Assembly: GCA_963924565.1 (NCBI GenBank)
Contig: OZ004612.1
Coordinates: 12,524,001 to 12,588,000, forward strand
Length of the DNA stretch: 64,000 bases
Origin: Ascidiella aspersa
Lineage: Eukaryota
Direction of reading: 5' to 3'
Below the pieces are notes generated by a model. It did no database searches. It had not been told where the DNA came from and worked only from the letters and a program-made list of their open reading frames with translations. Positions 24,201-37,410 of the stretch are shown piece after piece (positions within the stretch are counted from its first letter, which is position 1; each line of letters opens with the position of its first letter). A program made the position numbers and the translations under genes.

Positions 24201-25170
24201 AAACTTGCTACATTTGAGCCAACGCCTCAAAAAAGGTTTATGTCGCAGTTTCGACTCGTCAGCTTTCTGTTAGTTGTCTCGTGGGTTTTAATTTTTGTAC
24301 TTTATAGTCGAAGCGTGTGGTTTCCAGTGTAAATTTGGGAAACAGTACTATTCAGTTAGAGTTAGACAGCTGTAATCGTACACAATTTTTAAGTCAATTT
24401 TTTAATTACCGTGAGTTTCATGCTTATAACAGAAAAACAGTATGACGGGCTGGTGTTTCAAAAAATCTGCGGTATATTTTAAACAAACTGCCACAATACG
24501 GATTTTGGCTTTTTGTATGTGGTTTTAAATCCAGTGTTAGAAACGAGGGAAATAACGTTATCCCATTGCGGTCGATAACTGACACAAAATGTATGGCGTT
24601 TTCTGGGCTGCTTAATCTTGAGTGTACCACGCCCAATGATATGTTACAGCTCAAAATCTGCTGTCTTGCTCTGGCCTTAACTAATCCAATAAACCCGTAT
24701 ATAGTTTACTGTTCAATCGATTTTCTGTAATTTGTCATTGTTCGCACTCTAATCTAAAGGAACACGAATAGGGAGAGAAAAAGACGCAGCAACGTTGAAA
24801 ATAATGTGGAACAAAGTAACAGTCAAAACGATGAAAATCATGGTATTCACGTTGGCGTGGACTCTTGTAGATGGGTAAACTGTTGGATTGGTGCACGCTC
24901 ACCAGCTAAGCAGCATCCAATCTTAGCAAGGAAGGCGGACAGGGCTATTTATGTAGCGACTGCGCTGTGGGTCGCTGCCCTGGCTCGTCAACGCGATAAA
25001 GACACCGACCGGAGACGAGTAGGTGCATTATTCATGAGCGGATATTGAGCCGGGCGGAACCTGCCCTGATCCGTGCCGAAAGCATCGACCCTTCACTGGT
25101 CAACTTGGCCACTTTTATCAGCGCCCGGCTCCTTCAACTGCTTGTCTGAGTTATGTTAACCCCTTTGGGC

Positions 25171-25460
25171 CAGGGGTGGGTAATTATTTTTGAGAGCGGG
25201 CCGCATGAGAATCAGAAAATGATTCGGCGGTCCGTGTCAGAAAAGGGTATCTCAAATACACATATTACTACGTGTGATTCCTTTCAAAAGATTCTTTAAA
25301 TATCCTTGCTTAGACAAGCTGGAACAAATAGGAATAGGTGAGGACATGCCTTACAAGAGTGAGTATTGAATAAAATATTCCAAAATGAAGAAAAACATGT
25401 TAATATTCTACTGTAGGGCCGGATTATATTGCTCGGCGAGCCGTAGTTTGTCCAGGTCTG
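25171..25460. mobile_element. hAT-type MITE (GCGGGCCG family, degenerate)
   Basis: CAGGGGTGGGTAAT...GCGGGCCGCA...GGGCCGGAT...GCCGTAGTTTGTCCAGGTCTG. Confidence 0.7.
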
Positions 25461-26299
25461 CCCTTCGCCGTATTGCGTATTCATGTTGACAACACACAAC
25501 TGCTCGTTGTTATTGCTGTGTGCAAAATGGCATTCGGCGACAAAAGGGAGCCGACCGCCTTTCGAAGCGGCCTTGTGAGCTGATAAAGCGCGAGACTTCC
25601 AATTAGGTATAATTCCTCCGATTCCTGGGACTTTTTCGAGTGACTCACGGATACCCCCTGGGATTGGCTTGCTGCCTCCTTGAACGACTTTGCTCAAAAG
25701 ACAGTTTCGTGTTAACGCCTATTTTTGGCAAATTTTAGTCAATGTCTGCCAGGGCGTTTAATATGTCCCAGAAAGCACACCTATATGTCTGCGTTTACAT
25801 GACGGAATTTCCGAGACCTGTTTTATCAGTATTTCACCATATTTGTTGGTTTCTTCCGCCGTTTCAAAATCTTTTTCTAAACTTTCCTACCCGTTTGCCT
25901 GTATGTGCCCCCTGTGATGAACTGTATTCGCTTGAACAGAAATTAGGTGGCTATCTCGTGTATGGGAAGTTCTGTGTAAACTTGCGGCGGACGTCCATCG
26001 TGCAACTTCTAAAATTGTGACCAACTACGACCAGCGATACACGTTTGCCACTCTGTTATGTGGGCGGACCACAGTCAGCTGTGCTTGTGACCAGATCGCT
26101 TTTAGCCTTCTCTGTGTCACTGGATAGATAACGAAGGCAGGTAGGTTATTGCGTCATGCGACTCGTATAGTTATATTCGATTTTGCAGCCGCATTGCGAC
26201 ACTGCATTCTGCAGGTAGGACTATTGATTTATGCAGACCAGTGTAGGTTAGTTTCCATCTAGAATAGAATCTACATTCTAGATAAGGCATAATAAGTTG

Positions 26300-26790
26300 G
26301 CGTATGCTTTCGCAGTGCATTTTTTCTGCCGTTTGTGCGACTATGAATACTGCCTAAGTCAGTATAAAAATGCATTACAGAATATTAAAAATGAATTACA
26401 GAATATATAGAAGCTTTGCGCTTTATGAAATGCTAATACAACTAGCCTACTGTGTACTTTTCTCTGGTTTAATTACCAGTAATAATTGTTTAATACCACC
26501 AATAACGTTTGCCGTTTTAATCTAAAGAGGTTATTATAGGGACAAGATCAGGGCGTGTCAAAATTATTGCAGCATGTTTTCGCAGTGCAGCTTTTTTCTT
26601 CTGTTTGAAGGACAATGTACACTGTCAAAGTCAGCATAAAAATGCACTACAGAATGTTATAGAAGCTTTGCTTTATGAAGTGCTAATACAACTTACGGTG
26701 AATTTTTCAATGGTTTAATTTCCTACTATGAATTTTGCCATGGTTTAATTGCGAGCAATAATCGTTTAATACCGCTATTAACATTTGAAG
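26300..26790. repeat. Diverged tandem duplication, ~270-bp period
   Basis: tttcgcagtgca, aagtcag(t/c)ataaaaatgca(t/c)tacagaat, atagaagctttg, gctttatgaa(a/g)tgctaatacaact and tggtttaatt recur in the same order from ~26300 and ~26570. Confidence 0.85.
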
Positions 26791-27876
26791 TTTTGTAATC
26801 CAAATTGGTTGGCTCCTTTTGTATAAACAATAAACTGCTGATCGATACAGTTTTGTTGCAGAAAGTTTTGGAATCGTTTGCATTGCGATGTCGACGCGAC
26901 CTTGCTTGCCGCGGCGCTGTAGCAAGGCCGGAAACCTGCTTTGTTTCGTCATAAATGCCAAGTCTCGGTGCGCGCACGTGATCGCCGCATTTCAATAGGT
27001 CACCTCTATAGCTGGCCAGTTTTAGCCTCGTTCTAAAATAAAATCGGACTTTTTCGATCTATTGTCGTGCGTTGTTTCGCGCAAAATACCTGGTCTCAGT
27101 TTAACTGTGTGCAGACCAGCTTACACGACGAGGGGCGGATAATTTGCGCTTTCGAAGCGTTTTTAATAACTCGCTTGTGCAAATGTGCCCAAGTTATACG
27201 GTACGACTATAAAATAAAATAACTAGATTGGATTTGTTTGGCGGGCTGATCGAATAGAAATTCAATTGGTATATAGTTTGTATGTTGCCAAGATATTGTA
27301 TTGTATACAATTATAGATAGTGGCCAACACTATTTTGCATGTGTTGCGTAAGGCTAAATATTTTCGAACTTGCTGGATTTTAAGCTTTGTTGTTGGTCAA
27401 ACTATGGGTCACAACTACTTTTCTTTATTTTTTGGAAATGACTTATTTTTATATATTCAGAAATTTAAAGAAAATCGCTAATTAACTTGCGACGCCTCTT
27501 TGTCAATAACCTTTTCTTTTACGTTAAATAGGGTGATAAAAACATCCACTTAACGAAATCTGTTTAACCTTTTGAGCTTAGGCAGATGATGGCAAACCGT
27601 GAATCCGCCTTCATGAAGTCGCACGACAGCGCAGTTTTTAACTCGATGTATGTGCGACTCGATGTACTCGATGTGTGTCGTGTATGGTTTACATGTAAAG
27701 ATGTTTGCTGCAGTTGATGAAAGACACACACAAACATATGTGTTTAATAACATCTGTGATCTAGCCCCTCGGAAGTTGCTTTATGACCAACGATTACGGC
27801 TTCCGTATCAATAGTTTGCTGAAGTTGTTTCGCTGTGCGATTTGACAACAGTTACGATGTTTACGTGTGTGTATGC

Positions 27877-28657
27877 CAATTGCTCCTCAACCTTTTTCAC
27901 TTGCGACACACTAACAGAGCTATGGAAATTCGTCGGCACAACAACAAAATATATGTCAATCGATAAAAGACCCGTGATCAAGTAATAGAGCGTTTAATAG
28001 ATTAGTTTAATGCGTCAAAGGCACAAAAAATACGTATTAAAACTTATATTTTAATTTGCGGTTTTACGGTCTTACTAAAGACCTAAAATATCTTGTAATT
28101 CCTTACGATAGCGGATCACTGGACATTGGGGGCTTTTAAACAGCACTCGGGAAACGAAACTTGACCATTATGCTTAATAGTGCTTTGCTTCGTTTTCCGC
28201 ACTGACAGCCTTGGTTAGTTTAAAACAAAGCGCACAGAGGCAATACGGTAACAGACAGAAATACCTAAAAATTGCAGTAGTATTTCATAGGTTTGACCAT
28301 GAGTGTATACAGTCGCCTTTTTCGCTTTGGTATAAATATAAAAAAAAACAGTGTTACATATAGTTTAGACCCGTTAATCACCTCGTAGTTGAGTTTGGTA
28401 AAATAACTATAGGGGATTTTGAAATATGTTTTTTGGCGACTGAATGTGACATAGGTTTTAAAAAAGGCTGTAAATATTGCCGGAAGTTCATAACGTTACA
28501 CCGGGATTATTGACTACAGCCAAACTGCCTGATTTTCGCGTATATTTTTTCGTGTTAATTCTATACTGATTATATCATAGTTTACCATTAAAAAACGCAA
28601 GTAACAAGCCTCCAGACACCTGAAATGGTCTCGCGGCACACCGGTTGCGAAGTACTG
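27877..28657. mobile_element. Non-autonomous hAT element, TSD gtgtatgc/gtgaatgc
   Basis: CAATTGCTCCTCAACC / GGTTGCGAAGTACTG termini, GCG(A/G)CACA subterminal motifs. Confidence 0.75.
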
Positions 28658-31600
28658 GTGAATGCCACAGTGGAGTTGGTCTTGGAAGTCAATGGTGCGC
28701 GTAATTGGTTCCGGATTGCTAAGTTTGACTCGTTTATTTGCTCGGCGTTGTGTTTTGATTTTTTAGGGGGCTAAAATAGAGAAAACATTTTTTTAACAAA
28801 CATTGTAATTTGGTTAAAAATGATTGCTGAATGCCATGTTTGCAGTGGGAAAAAACAAAAAAATATTACTGGAAACCTTTTTAATAGCAGTGAAGCAAAA
28901 GAGGTTGTATAGAGATCTTTGAACGAAGGCCGTTTTCACGAGTTAAATAAATGACATTGTAGAGCTGTAACTAATGATGCGATTTTCGACTATATTGACC
29001 TAATTATAAGCGAATTACTGTTTTACTGAAGAATTCAACAGCTTTGTAATATTTTGTGTAACAATGAATATTCTGAAGACGACAAGTCAAAGAGTATATT
29101 CACGTCACGCAAACTCATAGATTTGTAAAATAAGGTTCTATGACCGCTTCTTTTTCATTTTCGATCACACGGAAAGGTCAAACCCAATTCGCGTCTAATA
29201 TTAGCATCTTGTGAATCAAGAGTTTTCCCCGTTGGGTTGGGAACCATATAAAGCGCAATGACGCATTTAGACTTGAATTGTTAAGCCGAAATTGAAACTA
29301 CTCGTGGTACAATGTCATTCAGTTTTTGTTAGGTGACCGGACCAGTTCTTGAATTGTTGGAACGAAAAATAACGTTTTTGCCCCAAAATACGACCGATTG
29401 TGTGTAAGCAGATGATTAAAAAGTCTTTTTGGATGATCCATGGTCCATTATAAACTGAAGGACAATCGGCAGAGCAAAATGGTGATTTTGAAAGCTGTAG
29501 TTTATTCCCCAAATCAGTAAGGGACAGTTTTTAAATAGAATGGACAGTTATAATGTAGTAACGTGTTTTCCAATTAGGAACATTATTAACTCAACATCTC
29601 CCTCACGGTCCCCATAAAACTGTTTCGTGGACGCCAGGTTAAGAACCACTGGCCGAAAAGATTGAATTGCAAGTGTGGTATTGTCTTGCCGTGAGCTAAC
29701 TGGCGAAAGAGTTCGAACTGTCCTAAAAGTGCCCAATCACAAATAAATGATTAATTTTGATTAAGGTAACCATCCTTCGATTGTTTAACGGCCATCCTTT
29801 GAGGTTTTCACGTTTTTTTATATTGTCGTAATGTTATTTTAGCTCTGTCAGAATTCTGTTTTTTTAGTTTTATTGTGACATTACTTTAAGTTTGAACTGT
29901 AAAGCATAAAACTTAGTTAAAACGCTTTAGATTGCGCGGTTGTATTCCGTTTAAGTTTATCGTGTTTAAAGTAGGCAGTTTGACATTCTACGTGCTATAA
30001 GCATCCGTTGACAGGCGTGGAAATGACAATGGTTTAACGGTTAATTTAAGTACGCGTTTCCTGCTGCTTGACCGTTTGACCGCAAGAAAGATGACCAATA
30101 CGCACTGCGCTGATGACACACCAAGGGTTCCCTCGACTTGTAAGCTAAAAGTTGGGGCATTACTACCACACGCCATCATGCAATGGTTGTCGTTAATCTG
30201 ATATGGTGTGGAATTTAGTGTTTTGACGTGTGGTGATTTACTGTTCCAAAAACTTAAAAGCAGCGTTTATATAATACCTAACGCACGGAAAGGGGTACTG
30301 TGAGGTTAAATAAAACCACAAGGGGCCACAGAAATAGCAGCATGATATATGCTCAGATTGGTGTTTCTATACCGCGCCTCGGTCAATTTCCAGTCAACCC
30401 ACACGTGGTCTGAGCCGAAAAAGCCACTTCCTCGTTTTGCCAAAAATGAACAGCCACAAGGGATTGTGAAGGGGTCGAAAAGGTTGCGTCATCCCCGTTG
30501 TATTGTCGAGTCAGGTTAGCTCGAATCCTTGGCGAAATTGTTGCGGATCAATACGCAGAATCAGGTGCGGTGCATACCTGGAAACGGCTTACCCGCGAAT
30601 TGTCTACATCAGTTGCATTGAAAGGGCATCGGTTGGTTTTTGTGTGGTTGGGAAGGGGAGGGTATATTGAGAGTTGAGACTCCGCCCAGTGATATTTTAC
30701 TTTGTTTAAAACGTCTGGTAAAAATAAGGATATCTATGAGGAGATTCCACTTGAACCGTTAGTGCATTGACCTTTAAAGACGCCCGGCTTTCCCAGTGTA
30801 GGCGTACTGTTGTATTTTTCTCGTTTTAGATGTGCTAAAATTGATTTCTGGGAAATCCACCTTTGGGTGAGGTTTTACGCGCTTAACAAAAATCAAAGAG
30901 CTTTAGTTGCGGTTTTGGGTTGTATGGTGTTTTATACCTATTTCGGTCGAAAATGTGTCATGACACCGCTTTCCAGGCTCTGCTTATTTTTGGAAAGTTC
31001 TGGAAATAGGTTATAGTTCTCAGTTCTTTAGAAAGACTAACATACGCCACCTTTATGGGTTACTACCTCAAAGTTGCATAACTCCATTTTGGCACGTGTC
31101 TTACTGTCCAAATGTTTCTCTAATTTGTTGTAATAATCGAAAACAAGCTGTTTTGTTAGGATTAGATGGCATAACAGTAGCAACTGTTTCTTTGTAAAAA
31201 AAAACTCTTTATAAAGTGCTTCAGATCTCAAGCCTTATGGCTTGCGCCTGTGTTTCGAATAAGAACGATAGGAAGGACAATAGCCAAAAGTAAAATTCAC
31301 ATCCAGGCAAAATGATACCTATATTTGCCGTTGAAATACGGGTTATTGAAAATAAAATCCAGCCATCATGTCGTTGTCAAAATGAGTGAAGCTTTCATAC
31401 AATATAACAGTGAGCTAAAATACAATACAACAGTGAGCTAAAAAATGAAGAAGTATCGTCTATGGAGTTATGGTAGGAGCTGCTTGTCCACTACACGTCG
31501 TGTTATTTATATGGTTCGTTATCTAAAAATGTCTCATGATCTATCTAGTATAAATTGTTATATATGCATATATATTTAGTTTTTTAGCTGAATAAGTTTT

Positions 31601-32540
31601 ACGGATTGTAAGAGCCGTTTGGCCTAATTCTAGGACCATGCATACTAAGCGGTGTATTTACAGACCAAAATATTCTATGCAGAAAGTGTGGGGCTAAATT
31701 TTTACACTGGCCTCCTAAGCCAAGTTATTAGCAGAATTACAAATATGTTGATTTATTCGAACTGATCTGGATGAGGTTTAGGGATGTTGTACATAGATTA
31801 ACGTAAGCTTTTTACCACTTGGACAGTTTTGTTGGAATTAGTTACCCAACTTTGGATTAATTTTTTATAAACACGTTTTTATTGACATACAAATAATCTG
31901 TACAGAATAGGGGTCATATTCCTTTTATAAACCTGAAAAATTTGAAAAAAGTCGTCATTTAACTAAAAAAGATAAAAAAAAAAAAAAAAAAGATATAGTG
32001 GTAAACCATTGACAACACGCTTTTATTTTAATGTACTGTTTTTAATTGTTATTTACAGGTTTATGTTCGTTCAGGCATCGACCGATGTGGGATGTTGCAT
32101 TAGTTTTATACCTTGACGCATGTCAATGTCATGTAACAATGATGTCAAAGTTAATAACGATTTACCTGTCATATTGTGTCACTTCCATGTCCAATGGCTA
32201 TATGTTGGTGCGACTTTTAATTCCTTCATGTATGCAATGCTTAAATATAATTAGTAGTTTTTATCCCAACGAAAACTATGGAAAGCTACCATGGACGTAT
32301 TTAAAACACGTTTGTTTGACATGCATTGCTCGATTTGTTTTGTAATACAAATACGTTGCACAATTTTATGAGTTCTAAATACCCACGTTTAATCAGCGAG
32401 CGTGTTAGTAGCTCGTTAAGAAATTAACTGTTTTGTCGCCGAAAATTTTTTGTCAACACTATGCACAAAAAACCTATGAAAACGTCTTCTAAATCATTAA
32501 CACAAGAAATGCCGTACAGCTAATATTTTTACCTTTAGAG

Positions 32541-32864
32541 CAGGGGTTCTTAAACCTTTTTTTGTCGCGACCCCTAAAATAATATGTTGCTGCCTGTGGA
32601 CCACGGAAGGCAAGAAATTCTCAAAACTGACGCCATGAATTGACGCTACGATCAAATAGACTTTCAGAAATATTCTGATGATTTAAATAAAATGGAGTTT
32701 AAATGCATTCAGTACAAAAACGTTTATTTTTAATAAACCTCTTACTTTGAAAAATTGATTACTTCTAAAATATTCACTGATATTTCGATTTGGCCTTCAT
32801 GGACCCCCTAAAACTAGTACACGTACCCCAAAGGGGTCCATGGACCCCAGTTTAAGAACCCCTG
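32541..32864. mobile_element. hAT-type MITE
   Basis: CAGGGGTTCTTAAAC / GTTTAAGAACCCCTG perfect 15-bp TIR, GGACCCC repeats, TSD ctttagag/ttttagat. Confidence 0.88.
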
Positions 32865-34471
32865 TTTTAGATCAAATGTGACAATATTAAAGACGTCACA
32901 TCGCTTGGATTCCGGTTGGAGAGAGACACCAGAAAGGCCAATAGTTAAGTATAGCTCATTCATTGCTACAAAGATCCAAATATAACTTATTACTCGCGGT
33001 GGTAAATGTAATTAAAATGCCACGCACGTGACGCGGTCGTTTTGTATGTTTTGTCGTTAATTACAAAAACAAGACACAGGCCTTTTTTACCCTTTAATAC
33101 TAAGATTTACCAAAAAAATCCATGTAATATCTGGGCAGGTTTTGGTCATTCCCATAATCGTGTTGGGTGTCTTTAGACGTAGTTGTTAACAAATAGGCTA
33201 TTGGCGGAATGTCTATAAAAACAACTATAAGCAACGGTTTTATGCAGTTGACTTGTAGCAGCTTGCACACAAGAAAACTGAATGACAGACTACAAGGTTG
33301 TCCTACGTTAGTTGTTGATCACCAACTCATAATAAAGTTTAAAAAAAGTGTTTAAAATTTAAGTGGTAAATAACAGTCAAAACCTATATGGTGCTTTTAA
33401 TTTACAGTGCAAAACGAATACAGTTTATTGTAAATTCCATTTTTCCCACTGACATCCGCTTTTGTGAATGAATGCATGAACAGACTCCCATTTCATTTGC
33501 CTGTTGATTTGATCGATGTTAAAGTCGAATATATCCGACATCCGTGTAAACGAGTTGCAGGGATGTGACGCAAGGATATGAACTTTATCTGTCAGAGTAA
33601 GAAATGCTTGCTAAAAGCTGTACGAAGCAGGCGCTTCAAGTGTTTGCTTCGCGTTTTGTGCAATATGTGATGTATAATTTATATTTTATAGAGCGTTAAA
33701 TTTAAAACGAAATCAGCTACTAGAGAAGTCGCACTGGCTAACAATGATGTCTCAAGCATCAATACGATGCTTAATCAACATAAGCCAAATTAGCCGACAG
33801 TTGGCTCTTCCTAAGCTTTCTTACGTAGCTAGAGAAGTTATGGTAATCCGTTGTGTTTTTTTGCATTGCTGTGTTGGAAAAGCCTTGGTTTAGCAAGTCT
33901 GCACCAGTATAATTCCACCTAACTTTGATATTTCATCAACACAAAACCCCCTTGTTTACCCCTTCCGTATACGCGAAGCGTTCAAGCCTAATTGGTCAAT
34001 GATAGTTGTCTTTTGTTCTGTGGCATCCGCGCAGCACGAATGCATCGTAGCGCTATTTCGCCTTACTCGGACAATACACTGACTCAGCGCTGAACGACGT
34101 CAAAGGACGCCGCTACCGAGCGAAATTTGATTTTTTGGTTGTGGTTTGCTGCGGCGCGGGCACTTTTGGTTGTTTTGCAGCAGGTAACCCAGTATGCGCA
34201 ATAGGGGTAACAGTTCTAAAACCTAATGAGGCGCGCCTGCTGTTGGGCTTGGTTTGGGCAAAGACGTTTGAGCTTGCGCCGTCTGCGACCACAAGTCAGC
34301 CCCTTTTCGGTGCCATGCAAATTTTGCACATTTTGGTTTAGTCGTTGGCGCGAGCAAAGTATTTGTAAGGCGCATTAGACGCGAAAATTCGCTCAAAGTG
34401 ATAAGTGACATGTTGATTTATGGTTGATGGTTATCGTTATTTTAGGAGATTGTGTTCGGTAAAGCGCACCA

Positions 34472-34530
34472 TTTTTAGAGCAATGCGTGTTCCGCGAGGT
34501 AGTTTTAGAGCAATGCGTGTTTCCGCGAGG
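34472..34530. repeat. Tandem duplication, ~30-bp unit
   Basis: ttttagagcaatgcgtgtt(t)ccgcgagg twice. Confidence 0.85.
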
Positions 34531-35521
34531 ATCGTACAACAGCCTTCCTTTATCAAAAATGCCGTCGGAACCGCTTAATGTTAGCCACCGTATCTTTTTT
34601 AGGACTTGTATGGGAAAAATTGCGATTGCAGTAAGTTTTTCTTTGTGTTTAAAACATTGACATATCTCGTGGGACTGGATGCATTCCAGGTACACAGTAC
34701 TGCTGTTTAATTACCGACTAAAAACGTTGGGTTTAAAAGACCATGATCCCCCGTTAGATTCTAGTGAATACGCCGAATTCGCGCTTCTGTATTTACAAAT
34801 CCCCCTGTATGTTATATATCGGTATTCAGCATGGTGTAAAACGTGATCATCAGTGGTGGATAACTTATTACGACAACCGACACACGAAAGTAAGATTGAT
34901 TAATATTTTTTTAAGGGTGCCTGCTTTTATAACCCCGATCAGAAGCTAGTTTCTGGCCTTAAAACTCGGATTTGGTTGTTTTCTGGTCTATGTTGCTATT
35001 GTACGTTTAATAAAAAAAGTTTTACTGTGCTCTTATAAACATAAATACATGTTTAAAGTTTGTTAGTTTTATTTTAGAGTTGTTGTTTTTAGCCTGTTCC
35101 TAAGTTCCATTTTTTCAGCAACATATTTAATAACTTTCCATGTAGGAAATCAAGATGTTACCTTCTATTTAACGTCAAAAAAATTAAAAGTATAGCAGCA
35201 CAGCTTTCTGGTTTGCGCGGTTTAAATCTCACACGATTGTGCATTTGAAAGTGTACCGGTTGTGCTCCGCAAGCCTCAGCTTGTTTACCGAGACAGCTGA
35301 GCGTCACTTTACACAGTGCACAGGGCCAGAAATTGTTCAGTGCCCCTAGCCAATGCTGCCTAGTCATCAACCACAATATACAACGGCACAACGCTCTAAG
35401 GAGGTTAGTTGCGGGCCCCGGTAGATCATGGCATCCGTCAACACAGGAACGGCTGACGATCAGCGTCGACCTTTACTGTTTAACGTCTGGCGGCCTACAC
35501 ACAGTCAGCTCAGCCTTAGAG

Positions 35522-36001
35522 CAGTGGTTCCCAACCTTGGGGTGGCAAGGGTTTGTCTGGGGGGTCGCCGTCTAGTATTTGATAAAGAAAGACTTCGAAA
35601 TAAGCAATATGAACTAAAAGTTTAGCAGTATAAAAGGAGCAAAAGCAACCGCCAGTCTAACATTTGTGTTTATGTGGATTTTGCTGCAGTGGACCAGTCG
35701 TGTTTATGACGTCACCATTACACTTTTCAATTAATAAATCGAGCGTAGTTTGAGTCACACAATGTCTAATCTAATAAAATGAATGGACGCTCAAACCGTA
35801 ACTTGTTGCGCATACTTAAGTCCGGACATTTTAGCCAAATTTTGATGCAATTCGTATAGATTTTTTCCCAATTTAAATTTGGCCAATTTTGAAATGTGTT
35901 TTTATTGACTCTGGTTTATGTATGATACACTCTAATTGGGGGGTCGCGCACGTTATTAAAAACTTAAAAGGGGCGCCAGAACGAAAAGGTTGGAACCACT
36001 G
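35522..36001. mobile_element. hAT-type MITE with perfect TSD CCTTAGAG
   Basis: CAGTGGTTCCCAACCTT / AAGGTTGGAACCACTG, GGGGTCGC motifs. Confidence 0.9.
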
Positions 36002-36367
36002 CCTTAGAGCTTGGCAGGTGGCAAGGGGAAAGACCGAGGTCAATTACGCGCGTGCATTTTCGATAGGGTGACATAGGTGCGTTGGTGTTAAACGTTGCTG
36101 CTGCTTCTGTGTTGCGTCATTGACAAGTGACTGAATAATTGTTGGCGCTGGGGGATTTTTAAAACAGTTATCTTGTAGTTTTACGACATTTGTCGCAATC
36201 ACTGCACGGACGAGCGCTAATTCATTCACAAAATTACCATTTTTGTCTAATGTGTTTCAACTTGAATATAAATTCCTTTATATCGTATTTACATTATTAA
36301 TTAGTGATTCACAGCTATTTTTAACATTGTTATTGCATATATCTTGCAAATCGTTTGTGTTCTATGC

Positions 36368-37410
36368 CAGTGCTTCTTGAACTTTTTTAGTTTTGTTCAC
36401 CCCTAGCATCTATCTGCAGATTTCATTCACCCTTGTCTCATGGTATAATGAAACTGACTTGCACCCCTACGAAAAGCAATTCGGAATTTTTAATTAAATA
36501 TCTCTGAGACAACTTGAAAATAGTGAAAATTGTTGTCGGTCGCGCGAAGCGCGAAAAAAAGTGGATTTAATTGGTTGAATTGGCGCTAAACTGTAAAATC
36601 AGGAGGCTTTTCGCAAAACATTTGGTCCCCCTGTTGCTAGCCTGTTATCCAATTATATAAAATATGGATAAAAAATAGATCGAACGGGGGATGACTTTGA
36701 TCGTTTATCTATAATTTAGAAAAATTATAATTAAATAAACATGAAATGGCACTCAAAGAGACTTTGTGCTCAACAAAGTAAACAAAATTAGATTTAACAG
36801 AAGATTCGCAAAGTTTTCTTGGCAGTTTTAATGTTAAAGTTGGCAAAAACAGAGTTAGTACAGCGCTGTAGGAGTGGTGTACAACCAAAACGAAAACGAT
36901 ACCATTAGAATCATAGCAAAAAATTTAAATATTAACTTAGAGCTCGCCTCCCCCCCTACGAATTGCTTCGAGCCCCACTAGAAACCTTTTTTAAACCAGC
37001 AATTCAGCATCTTTTATGGCTTAAGCATTTTTTGAAAATAAATGCAACGCCTCGCCTAAAAGTCTTGTTAAAATTATAAGCAAATAACTCGAATGGCGAA
37101 AAAAGAGGACATTTGGACATTTTTGAGCGTCCTCGGAGGACCATTCAGTTTTCTTAAGAAAAGTGGACAAATCCTCCTAAAAGAAGACATATCGTAGGCC
37201 TAACTTATACACTCAGTGCAAACCAACTTAACTATTACAATAAGCAAAAAACACCAAAAAAACAACAGTTTACTTCAAAAAGTTGTTTACTAGTGACTAT
37301 AAGATTCTCCTGAACTTTCGTTCACCCTTATTCACCTATTTTGGTTGGTTCACCCCTGGACAAATTTTACTCATCCTGGGGTGAATCATTCACCACTTTA
37401 AGAAACACTG
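36368..37410. mobile_element. ~1.04-kb non-autonomous hAT element, TSD ttctatgc/tgctatgc
   Basis: CAGTGCTTCTTGAA / TTTAAGAAACACTG termini; TTCACCC subterminal repeats at both ends; AGGACA-rich internal segment ~37100-37200 may be a nested remnant. Confidence 0.82.
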
